NCBI GenBank assembly: GCA_021297975.1
Contig: JAJTHO010000053.1
Location: forward strand, 1 to 38,943
DNA: 38,943 nt
Source: Alphaproteobacteria bacterium
GTDB lineage: Bacteria > Pseudomonadota > Alphaproteobacteria > JAJTHO01
Direction of reading: 5' to 3'
Positions 1 to 7,317 of this stretch are shown here, one piece after another. A model generated the notes under the pieces. It did not search any database. It was not told where the DNA came from and saw only the letters and a program-made list of their open reading frames with translations. Position 1 is the stretch's first letter. The number at the start of each line of letters is the position of its first letter. A program made the translations under genes and the position numbers.

Positions 1-1
1 A

Positions 2-145
2 TTAAATTACAGCGTTGTTATGCTGCAAAACGGGATGATCCAAGCAGACTTAACCTCCGCCGATAACGGTGCCGTGATTTCCACAACACTGAACGCAACG
101 GACAGAGCGGCCTTTGAAACCATGCTGGGCGTCTCCAACACCTGA
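2..145 (+). CDS. 3-prime end of an upstream gene cut by the window edge (last 47 codons, product unknown)
   Basis: Frame 2 is open from the window edge (...DRAAFETMLGVSNT) to TGA 143-145. A same-strand intrinsic terminator follows 25 nt later. The fragment is too short to assign a family. Confidence 0.35.
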   Translation, partial: LNYSVVMLQNGMIQADLTSADNGAVISTTLNATDRAAFETMLGVSNT

Positions 146-169
146 CGCCCCACCCCTCCAACCCGCCTA

Positions 170-202
170 ACGGCGGCGGCATCCCCGCCGCCGTCTTTTT
201 TT
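170..202 (+). terminator. Rho-independent terminator
   Basis: A perfect 10-bp GC stem, ACGGCGGCGG (170-179) with CCGCCGCCGT (185-194), has a 5-nt loop. It is followed by C and a run of seven T (196-202). Confidence 0.8.
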
Positions 203-255
203 GTGGTATCAACGATGCGGTTGCAGCGGTAAACAGGATGCACACAGGAGGCATC

Positions 256-981
256 ATGGCATTCATTCTTCGCATCCTTATTCTTTGCTTTTTAAGCGCG
301 GCTGTTTTTTCCAGCCCCGGCGTTGCCGCTTACCTGTCTAAAGGATTGAACCGCGCTGAGGCGCTGTATGAGGAGGCGGCAGCGCAATTTGATGTGGGGG
401 CATTGCAACGCGCCGGTGCGTTAACCTTGGCCGTCAAAGATGCGCATCCTTATAAAACGCAGCTGCTGTACGGTAAAATCAACACGCTGCTGGCGCAGCT
501 ATACTGGTATAACCTGCAAAAAACTGATGCCGCCGCGGCGGCGCAAACTGCACTGCTGGCGCTGAATCAGGCCTATAGCGATGCAGGGACGAACGACAAG
601 AATGATATTCGCTTTTATCGCAGCTATGCCAACGTTATTGCCAATAAAGTGGGCGGCGCCGCGCCCGTCACCAGCGCAATTACCAGCACTATGGGCTCAG
701 AAGACCTAGAGTATCTTGTTAAGGCCGAACCGAACGCAGAACGCACCCGTTATCTGGTGGCGCTGAATGATATTCATGGATCCAGCCGTAAACGCCGCGA
801 GGCCTGTACCCATTTTAAAACATTGCACGACGAGTTTTCGGATAACATGGCGTATCGAATATACTCACTGTATTGCCGCCGCGTTGAGGGCGATAAAGAA
901 GCCGCCGCCGAATTGGGAGAGATTCTGATGAAGCAGCCCTATAACGCGCTGGCGCGCTGGGCGCGGGGTCATAAGCCGTAA
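256..981 (+). CDS. Secreted hypothetical protein with an N-terminal signal peptide
   Basis: This is the tracked ORF 238..981. I prefer ATG 256 because AGGAGG (246-251) lies 4 nt upstream. The N-terminus MAFILRILILCFLSAAVFSSPGVAA looks like a Sec signal. The rest is helical and Ala-rich, with no family recognised. Confidence 0.6.
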   Translation: MAFILRILILCFLSAAVFSSPGVAAYLSKGLNRAEALYEEAAAQFDVGALQRAGALTLAVKDAHPYKTQLLYGKINTLLAQLYWYNLQKTDAAAAAQTALLALNQAYSDAGTNDKNDIRFYRSYANVIANKVGGAAPVTSAITSTMGSEDLEYLVKAEPNAERTRYLVALNDIHGSSRKRREACTHFKTLHDEFSDNMAYRIYSLYCRRVEGDKEAAAELGEILMKQPYNALARWARGHKP

Positions 982-985
982 AGGG

Positions 986-1903
986 TTACACACCCAGCGG
1001 CAACACCAAGGGTATAAACAAAAGCGCCAGCAGCGTGCTCAGCAGCACCGCCGTTGCCACCTTTTCCGGATGCAGATTGACTTCCGTTGCAAAGGCAACC
1101 GTGTTCGCGGCCAGCGGCACAATCGCCAAAACCCACACCACCTGATGGCTGATGGCATCGAAAAAATGCAGCCAGTGTCTATCGGCGTAGAGCACGGCTA
1201 ACCCGAGCAGCGGCCAGAGGGCAAAGCGCTGAAAAAACACGCAGGCGGTGAATTTTATATCCACGGTAAAACGCTGAAGGGTTGATAGCCCTAACCCGAC
1301 AATCATCATCCCCAAAATCACATAGGCGCCGCGAATTTGCTCTAAAGAGGCGGTGATGGTTGCGCCCGCCTCAATGCCGATGGCGTTGACAACCAAACCC
1401 GCCGCAACGGCATAGAGCGTTGGCAAGCGCAGCAGCTTCTTAAGGCTTTCAGACACCGTATGCCGCCCGCGGGAAATCAAATAATACCCCACAACCGATT
1501 CAAACACCGTTATCCCCATCATGGCAAGGATGTAGACACCGAGCGTTTCTGCCCCGGCAACAGCCAGAAAAACCGGTACACCGAAATAGCCGGTGTTGCC
1601 CGTTCCGGCTGTTGAGGCAATCAGATAGCGGTGGGCATCGGTGTAAAATGGCCGCACGAGTTGAAAGGCAGCAGCGGTTATCAGCCCGGCCATGCAAAAC
1701 GTGACAACCGGTAATAGCAGATAGCGCATATCAAACGGCGCAACGCTTATAGAGCTAAAAAACATCAACGGCACAATCAGGAACAGCAGCATACGGGCGA
1801 TATCCTGGCGGTTAACCTTGAGCCAACGCCCGGCGAGAAAGCCGAGGAGGACATAGCCGTAGAGCGGCAGGAGGCGTTCGGCGAGGAGGAGGGATAAGTC
1901 CAT
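986..1903 (-). CDS. AEC-family (auxin efflux carrier-like) membrane permease
   Basis: The protein is polytopic and hydrophobic throughout, with the overall look of Mem_trans/AEC permeases. I set the start at ATG 1903 (MDLSLLLAERLLPLYGYVLLG) because the 33 upstream codons of tracked ORF 986..2002 are a read-through of repeat copy A. Confidence 0.7.
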   Translation of the reverse strand: MDLSLLLAERLLPLYGYVLLGFLAGRWLKVNRQDIARMLLFLIVPLMFFSSISVAPFDMRYLLLPVVTFCMAGLITAAAFQLVRPFYTDAHRYLIASTAGTGNTGYFGVPVFLAVAGAETLGVYILAMMGITVFESVVGYYLISRGRHTVSESLKKLLRLPTLYAVAAGLVVNAIGIEAGATITASLEQIRGAYVILGMMIVGLGLSTLQRFTVDIKFTACVFFQRFALWPLLGLAVLYADRHWLHFFDAISHQVVWVLAIVPLAANTVAFATEVNLHPEKVATAVLLSTLLALLFIPLVLPLGV

Positions 1904-1925
1904 ACGATTCCATTCAAAAAGTGAC

Positions 1926-2033
1926 GTCATCCCGACCAAAGCCGCTATGCGGCTGCGCGGAGGGATCTTTTTGTATCTAGAGGAGATATCTCCACTTCGC
2001 AAAACCTAACGGTTTTGCTTTGGTCGAGATGAC
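1926..2033 (+). repeat. Nested-palindromic intergenic repeat, copy A (MITE/REP-like, 108 bp)
   Basis: Terminal inverted repeats are GTCATCCCGACCAAAGC and GCTTTGGTCGAGATGAC. Internal hairpins are GCCGC-tat-GCGGC, a central GGAGGGATCT...GGAGATATCTCC, and AAAACC-taac-GGTTTT. It is homologous to the copies at 4508, 10226 and 20202. Confidence 0.9.
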
Positions 2034-2077
2034 CCACCTATCCATATCTGAAATTCTTACGTCGGTAGCGTTTGCCC

Positions 2078-2794
2078 CTACGCACTTTCCATACTGCCCA
2101 CTATCCGCCCCAACTGGCGAATCTCGGCGGCTTCTATCTGAATGGGCTGCTGCGGGTTGAGCTGATTCAAGGTGATATACTGCACATCGCGGCGCACAAA
2201 CTGCCCCAGCACCGCGCTATCGTTTTTCAAAATCAAACAGACAAAACACCCCGGCGTCACCGGGCGCGCGGCATTAACAAACAGCAAATCACCGGGGGTA
2301 TAGCGTGGCTCGAGCCGATTATCAGGGCAATACACCGCAAAAGCCTGACGCGAGGAGACCAGCGCCGACGGACGGGGAATATAGCTGACAGCTTCACGCA
2401 TGTGCTGCAACGTTCCGGTTAGCGCATCGACCATGCCGTACACCGGCAGCGGATCGAGCGCCTTTGTCGGCGTCGCCGTGCCCACGGGTAAATTATGATA
2501 GCGCGGCACGCCGCTTGCGTCATAGGCCATGGACACATTGTCGCGCAGCATCCCGCCCTCTACCGGCAACGAGGACGCAGGCGTTCCGGCGCAATCGAGC
2601 ATTTGCGACGCCTCAACCCCCAGCGCCCCGGCAATCCGCAGCAGCCAGTCAACCGTTAGGCGGCGTTCACCCTTTTCCAACTTGTCAATTTGCGACTTTG
2701 TCGTCCCCGCTTTTTCGGCAACAGTTTGCAAACTCATCCCTTTTTGGACACGAATTGCGCGTATAGTACCCGGACTCAGCATAGGGTTATGCAT
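2078..2794 (-). CDS. CI/LexA-like repressor: N-terminal XRE-type HTH plus C-terminal S24 peptidase-like domain
   Basis: The HTH segment is MSLQTVAEKAGTTKSQIDKLEKGERRLTVDWLLRIAGALGV. The C-terminal beta-rich domain has the LexA/CI-like pattern ...PGDLLFVN...ITLNQLNP. The tracked ORF begins at TTG 2800, and the first ATG is 2794. Confidence 0.8.
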   Translation of the reverse strand: MHNPMLSPGTIRAIRVQKGMSLQTVAEKAGTTKSQIDKLEKGERRLTVDWLLRIAGALGVEASQMLDCAGTPASSLPVEGGMLRDNVSMAYDASGVPRYHNLPVGTATPTKALDPLPVYGMVDALTGTLQHMREAVSYIPRPSALVSSRQAFAVYCPDNRLEPRYTPGDLLFVNAARPVTPGCFVCLILKNDSAVLGQFVRRDVQYITLNQLNPQQPIQIEAAEIRQLGRIVGSMESA

Positions 2795-2835
2795 AGGCAA
2801 TACCGCAGTTTAGCGCAATATTTTTATGCACCCCC

Positions 2836-2872
2836 TTGACATTGTATCCATTTTCTGGATACAATAAGTCAA
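2836..2872. promoter_or_regulatory. Divergent promoter pair with a shared palindromic operator
   Basis: Rightward promoter: TTGACA (2836-2841), 18-nt spacer, TACAAT (2860-2865). Leftward promoter on the other strand: TTGACT (2872-2867), 20-nt spacer, TACAAT (2846-2841). Between them is a perfect 9-bp inverted repeat, TTGTATCCA (2842-2850) and TGGATACAA (2856-2864), with a 5-nt spacer. Confidence 0.65.
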
Positions 2873-2919
2873 AATGGGTACGAACACGCACCCGACATAA
2901 AAGATTAAGGAGAGACATC

Positions 2920-3246
2920 ATGACCACGGCACACGCCGTTGCTGCGCCTTGTCGCGTTGACAACAGCCAAGAGTTGCAAGTAACACCAGAACATACATTA
3001 GTATGCATACCGCCGCTTGTTGAAAAGGCGCAACGCGTGTTGCGCAAAAGACTCCGCGTGGATGCGGCTAGCCGCTACATCCTCGATGGAGTACCGGTTA
3101 GTATTCGCGAAATTGTCACCGCTGCCAATGCTTTTATTGAGTATGAGGGCGGCACACTGCTGGCCTATCCCGGCCTCAACAGCCTGTATGACCGTGATGC
3201 GCCGCAAATGCGCGTTACGCAACGCATTACCAGCGCGCTGATTTAA
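2920..3246 (+). CDS. Small hypothetical protein (108 aa), first gene of the rightward operon of the switch
   Basis: ATG 2920 is preceded by AAGGAGAG (2908-2915). This is the in-frame part of tracked ORF 2836..3246. No motif was recognised with confidence. Confidence 0.55.
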   Translation: MTTAHAVAAPCRVDNSQELQVTPEHTLVCIPPLVEKAQRVLRKRLRVDAASRYILDGVPVSIREIVTAANAFIEYEGGTLLAYPGLNSLYDRDAPQMRVTQRITSALI

Positions 3247-3276
3247 CAAAGCAATCACCCACACGAAGAGATTTTT

Positions 3277-3708
3277 ATGACACTGAACAATCCCCTCCAA
3301 TACTGGAGCGGCGACGAGGTTGCCGCGTATCTTATTGAAGCCGCCGACACGCTGCGCCGTTTGCCCCGCGTGCGGCTGGAATCGAAACAAAGCAGCTGGC
3401 CGGATGTGGTGCGCACCGCATCCGAGCTGTGGGTCGGCGAGCCGCACGCCAAAAACCGCACCGCGCCGCCCTCACCCCGTGCGATTGACCGGATGGATGT
3501 GGTCTTGACGTGGCTGTTGCCGCTGAGCTTTGAACAGCGGCGCATTTTGTGGGCGCGGAGCTGCGGCATTCCCTGGCGAAAACTGGAAGATATTGATGGC
3601 CGCAGCCATATGACGCTTAGAAAAGTGTATAACGAGGGGCTGGATACGCTGCTGCGCTTGCTCAACAGCTATCCCGAAGCGCCGAAAAAGAAGCTTATTG
3701 CCGGTTAG
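3277..3708 (+). CDS. Phage-type regulator with a sigma70 region-4-like HTH; possibly related to the DUF6362/GafA C-terminal region
   Basis: The protein is 143 aa. The C-terminal segment FEQRRILWARSCGIPWRKLEDIDGRSHMTLRKVYNEGLDTLL reads like a region-4/LuxR-type HTH. The N-terminal WSGDEVAAYLIEAADTLRRLP resembles alphaproteobacterial prophage/GTA activator proteins. That resemblance is from memory and was not searched. Confidence 0.55.
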   Translation: MTLNNPLQYWSGDEVAAYLIEAADTLRRLPRVRLESKQSSWPDVVRTASELWVGEPHAKNRTAPPSPRAIDRMDVVLTWLLPLSFEQRRILWARSCGIPWRKLEDIDGRSHMTLRKVYNEGLDTLLRLLNSYPEAPKKKLIAG

Positions 3709-4418
3709 CTGTCTGACAACACATGGTAATAGACATACTGCTGGTCGCTGGTGCGGACACACAAAAACGGCTGGCCTTTCGGCATGTAGGCTTCCTCGCG
3801 TAGGTCTAAATCCGCGCTGGTTGTGATGAAATCGGCAGCGGCTTTGCCCACTGGGGGTATCGCGCTCTCGACGCCGCTGAGACCGAGGCGCTGGTTGATA
3901 AAGCGGCAGACGTTGCTGCTGATACCGGTCAGGACGAGTACGCGATCCGCGCCCTGCTCACTGCCCACACCGGGCAGAAGAGTGCGGCCATTACCCTCAA
4001 GCGCCGCGGTGCGGTATATCCACGCGGCATCGGCATGGCTTGCTACATTACTGTCAAACGCATCAGCAGCCGGATCCACCGAGCGCAACCCGACAAAGCC
4101 TTTCGGATTGAAAATGTTGTTTTCGCTGCTGTATTCTGGGGCATTAACACTAGCCACAAACAGCACGTCCCCGGCATCAATGCCGGCAATCTGCATCCGG
4201 TCAATGCCAAGGCGCAGCGCATTGCCGAACTGGGTAAGCTGGGAGCTGGCTATCAACTCATTTTCTAAGCGGGCGGAGCGGCTGGGATGGCCTGTTTGCG
4301 TTACCGCATAGGACAGCCCGGCAAACAGCACAATCGCAAGGAGAATGAGGAACAGCGCATTGCCGCGCTCATCTTTTGAGAAGAGAGAGAGGGTCTGACC
4401 AAGACGTGTTGTGCGCAT
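3705..4418 (-). CDS. Pilin-like secreted or membrane-anchored protein with a non-canonical prepilin-type N-terminus
   Basis: I set the start at ATG 4418 (MRTTRLGQTLSLFSKDERG/NALFLILLAIVLFAGLSYAVTQ). A basic leader ends in Gly and is followed by a ~20-residue hydrophobic helix, as in type IV pilins and pseudopilins. There is no Glu at +5. A ~190-aa globular part follows. Confidence 0.6.
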   Translation of the reverse strand: MRTTRLGQTLSLFSKDERGNALFLILLAIVLFAGLSYAVTQTGHPSRSARLENELIASSQLTQFGNALRLGIDRMQIAGIDAGDVLFVASVNAPEYSSENNIFNPKGFVGLRSVDPAADAFDSNVASHADAAWIYRTAALEGNGRTLLPGVGSEQGADRVLVLTGISSNVCRFINQRLGLSGVESAIPPVGKAAADFITTSADLDLREEAYMPKGQPFLCVRTSDQQYVYYHVLSDS

Positions 4419-4507
4419 AAAATCCCCAACCGATACAGTTTGTTGATTGGAGTGTGGGGGAAAATGGTAAAGATTTCGTATCACTTAGCATAAGCCAGCA
4501 GATAAGC

Positions 4508-4614
4508 GTCATATCGAGCGCGGCAAGGCCATGCCTTGAAGCGTCGAGATATCTCCTTGCATTTTAAGGGAGATCCCTCCACGCAGCCGCTGTCGCGGCC
4601 TTGGTCGGGATGAC
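4508..4614 (-). repeat. Nested-palindromic intergenic repeat, copy B (107 bp, inverted relative to copy A)
   Basis: Its reverse complement begins GTCATCCCGACCAAGGCCGCGACAGCGGCTGCGTGGAGGGATCTCC. That is nearly identical to the left arm of copies A and D. The other arm carries the hairpin CAAGGC-cat-GCCTTG at the position of the AAAACC/GGTTTT hairpin. Confidence 0.9.
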
Positions 4615-4685
4615 ACCCTTTTTAAAAATAGACTAACGGCACACCGTAATAGAGTGTTTACCTCAGCCTGCTAGAGTCCTAGGCT

Positions 4686-7022
4686 ATGACGATGGATTTT
4701 GATAACAACGAGGCGGCCTTAAACGCACACCCACTGTGCCGCGTGGCGTTGCCGCTTGTAAATCCGCCGGGGCTTTTGGGCAATGAGGCCTTTCGAGCGC
4801 TTTTTTTCAACGGAAAAAGCCCGCAGGATAGTCCGGAAACAGCCTGGCCAGCGCCGCTCTTGGATTTATTAACAGACAGCCAACACAAAACAAACGCCCA
4901 CTGGCATGTTGATTTATATTGGGATAACAAGACCTGGCGCGTTTATAGCCAAAAGGTGGAGACGCCCGCGCCCTATCTCAGCTGGTTGTTTACCGATGTC
5001 TCTGATTTACAGAAAGCCGCGCACGACGCGCACAATCTCAGCGAGATGAAATCCCTGTTTCTAGCGACGATGAGCCATGAAATACGCACACCGCTGCAAC
5101 CGATATACGGTCTGCTCGAAATCATGAGCCAGCAAACCAATGACCCGGAACTACTTGATACCATTGGCGCAGCGCGCACCTCGGCATCCCAACTGCTGCT
5201 TATCCTGGATGATGTGCTGGATTTGGCAAAAGTTGATGCGGGGAAGATGGAGCTTGATCGCTTTGAAGTGCCGCTGCGCACCCTGATTGACGGCGTGGTC
5301 ACAACTCTTGGCGGCAAGGCACGGGAAAAGAATATTCGCCTTGAATACACAACCAGCAATGATGTTCCCGCGGTGGTACAGGGCGATCCGAAACGGCTGC
5401 GGCAAGTGCTACTTAATCTTACCAGTAACGCGCTGAAATTCACCAGCACCGGTTCGGTACAGATACGCGTGAGCGCAACACCCTTGCCGGGAGATAGGAA
5501 CACACTGATCCGCTTTGAAGTGATTGACACCGGCGTGGGTTTATCTTCTGAGCAGCAGGTTGAATTGTTTAATCCGTTTCATCAGGCGGATCGCGCCTTA
5601 TCGCGGAAACTGGGCGGCACGGGATTGGGGCTATCGATTTGCGCCCGGCTGGTTGAGCTGTTTGGCGGACACATTGGCGTTGAAAGCACCCTGGGCAAAG
5701 GCAGCACATTCTGGTTTACCCTACCCACCCAAGCCGTGACCACTGATATTGCCATTGCCAGCCAGCAGACACCGGATTTATCGGGTTTGCTGATTTTATC
5801 CGTGGAAGATCACCCGCAGGGAGCAAAATCGATTCAATTGTCGCTGGAATCAATGGGCGCAACAGTTGATAGCGTTGGCACTAGCGAAGACGCGATACAC
5901 CATCTTACACAGCAACGCTATGACATTGCGATTGTTGACCAAGGTTTACCCGATGGCGACGGCCTCGCCCTGATGCGCGCTGCGGCGAAGCAAAACGCTG
6001 GCTTGGGTCTCATTCTTTATACCGTTTTTGATACGCCGGAGATTCAGCAATCCTTAAAAACCATCGGCGGGCGGTATCTATCAAAACCCGCCAGCCGCCT
6101 CGGGCTTGGCCAAACCATCGCCGAGATTGCCTTAAAAGTGCATTACAATCCGGCGGCAAGCCGCCGCGTTCTGTTTATTGAGGACACACCGTCCATTCGG
6201 GATGTGCTGCAGCGCCAGCTGAAATTTTTAGACTTTACTGATTATGACATGTGCGAAAGTGGCGCTGAGGCGTTTGAACTGCTTGAGAAAAATACTTACG
6301 GTTTGATTATCTGTGATTTGCATATGCCGGATATGGATGGGTTTGAGGTTGTTCGGCGTATTCTGGCCGCGCCCGCACTGGCTGATACTCCGGTTATTGC
6401 ATTGACGGCGGATGTGACGGTGTCGCAAGGACGGCTTTACAGCAAGCACGGCTTTCGCGAATACCTGTTGAAGCCGATTAGTGTTGACCAGCTGCGCCGG
6501 GTATTGGTGCGTTGGGGTATTTTGATGAGCGGAAAACCCGCGGAAAAGCCGCAGCCTCAACAACAACTTCCCTCGTTAAAACACCTCAATCTAAGTGCGT
6601 TGCAACAGCATTACGGCCGGCTGGATGATGAGGTGCTGCGCAGCCTGCAACTTTTTGTGCGCTTGTCCGGCGCAATGCTCTCTGAATTGCGCCGGGGAGT
6701 TACCGAACAGAACACCTATATTGTGCGCAGTGTTGCCCACAGCCTGAAAGGCAGCGCGCTGATAGCGCAGTGTTTAGCGCTGGCGAATTTGGCCGGGGAT
6801 TTACAACAGCGCGCCGCAGAAGGCTCACTGGAATACGAGGGACTGCCTGAAAAAATCGCGCTAGAGCTGGAAAACATCAGTTTAGAGGTTGCGGGACTTA
6901 ATATGGAAACGATTAATGTCCTGCTTGCCGCAGCAACGCCGCATACGGCGCCGGAACCGGCACGGCCGACAGCCGCCCCTGTTTCAATAACAGGAAATCC
7001 GGGAACAAACCAGACTGCTTGA
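4686..7022 (+). CDS. Soluble hybrid sensor histidine kinase (HisKA-HATPase-REC-REC-Hpt)
   Basis: H-box is SHEIRTPL. N/G boxes are LTSNALKFT, DTGVGL and GGTGLGLSI. The two receiver domains contain ...IAIVDQGLPDGDG... and ...LIICDLHMPDMDG...LKP. The C-terminal Hpt motif is AHSLKGSA. No transmembrane segment is visible. Confidence 0.9.
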   Translation: MTMDFDNNEAALNAHPLCRVALPLVNPPGLLGNEAFRALFFNGKSPQDSPETAWPAPLLDLLTDSQHKTNAHWHVDLYWDNKTWRVYSQKVETPAPYLSWLFTDVSDLQKAAHDAHNLSEMKSLFLATMSHEIRTPLQPIYGLLEIMSQQTNDPELLDTIGAARTSASQLLLILDDVLDLAKVDAGKMELDRFEVPLRTLIDGVVTTLGGKAREKNIRLEYTTSNDVPAVVQGDPKRLRQVLLNLTSNALKFTSTGSVQIRVSATPLPGDRNTLIRFEVIDTGVGLSSEQQVELFNPFHQADRALSRKLGGTGLGLSICARLVELFGGHIGVESTLGKGSTFWFTLPTQAVTTDIAIASQQTPDLSGLLILSVEDHPQGAKSIQLSLESMGATVDSVGTSEDAIHHLTQQRYDIAIVDQGLPDGDGLALMRAAAKQNAGLGLILYTVFDTPEIQQSLKTIGGRYLSKPASRLGLGQTIAEIALKVHYNPAASRRVLFIEDTPSIRDVLQRQLKFLDFTDYDMCESGAEAFELLEKNTYGLIICDLHMPDMDGFEVVRRILAAPALADTPVIALTADVTVSQGRLYSKHGFREYLLKPISVDQLRRVLVRWGILMSGKPAEKPQPQQQLPSLKHLNLSALQQHYGRLDDEVLRSLQLFVRLSGAMLSELRRGVTEQNTYIVRSVAHSLKGSALIAQCLALANLAGDLQQRAAEGSLEYEGLPEKIALELENISLEVAGLNMETINVLLAAATPHTAPEPARPTAAPVSITGNPGTNQTA

Positions 7023-7317
7023 TAAACTCCAGCGTCACTGGGGTTTTAAACGGCTTTTCGACTTTTAAATCGACGCAAACAAACACGCCGTCCGCATCGC
7101 CCGGATCGGGATAGGCGGTGCGGGTTATTGTCGCCGTGCCCATGATGCGGCGCTCGCCGCCGGTGTGGTAGATGAACGCGCAATCCCCCACCTGCATGGC
7201 TTTGAGGAAATTGGCCGCCTGATAATTGCGAATCCCGTCCCAGCGCGTTGCGCCGTCGCGGGTTAAATCAGAAAAAGAATAGACATCCGGTTCGGATTTT
7301 AACAGCCATGTGTTCAT
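6913..7317 (-). CDS. EVE (PUA-like) domain protein
   Basis: MNTWLLKSEPDVYSFSDL...WDGIRNYQAANFLKAMQVGDCAFIYHTG is the typical N-terminal EVE/ASCH-like signature. Its ATG overlaps the gpsA stop (ATGA). Confidence 0.8.
   Translation of the reverse strand: MNTWLLKSEPDVYSFSDLTRDGATRWDGIRNYQAANFLKAMQVGDCAFIYHTGGERRIMGTATITRTAYPDPGDADGVFVCVDLKVEKPFKTPVTLEFIKQSGLFPDFLLLKQGRLSAVPVPAPYAALLRQAGH

Noticed and set aside
7-275. Minus-strand ORFs 7..243 and 18..275 at the window start.
   Set aside because: They span the strong plus-strand terminator hairpin and the end of a plus-strand frame. Their composition is Gly/Arg/Ala-rich with no start context.
1904-2002. N-terminal extension of the AEC permease ORF, and other ORFs that read through the repeats (2072..2422 5-prime part, 10019..10339, 10029..10370, 20292..20498).
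   Set aside because: The extensions are translations of the palindromic repeat (for example ...RIAALVGMTS). Similar peptides arise wherever a copy occurs. A good internal ATG follows the repeat.
3705-4418. The pilin-like protein considered as the missing major pilin of the Tad locus.
   Set aside because: At 237 aa it is far larger than Flp pilins. It lacks the Flp G/xxxxEY processing motif, lies 25 kb away on a separate repeat-flanked cassette, and has high-GC composition unlike the Tad island.
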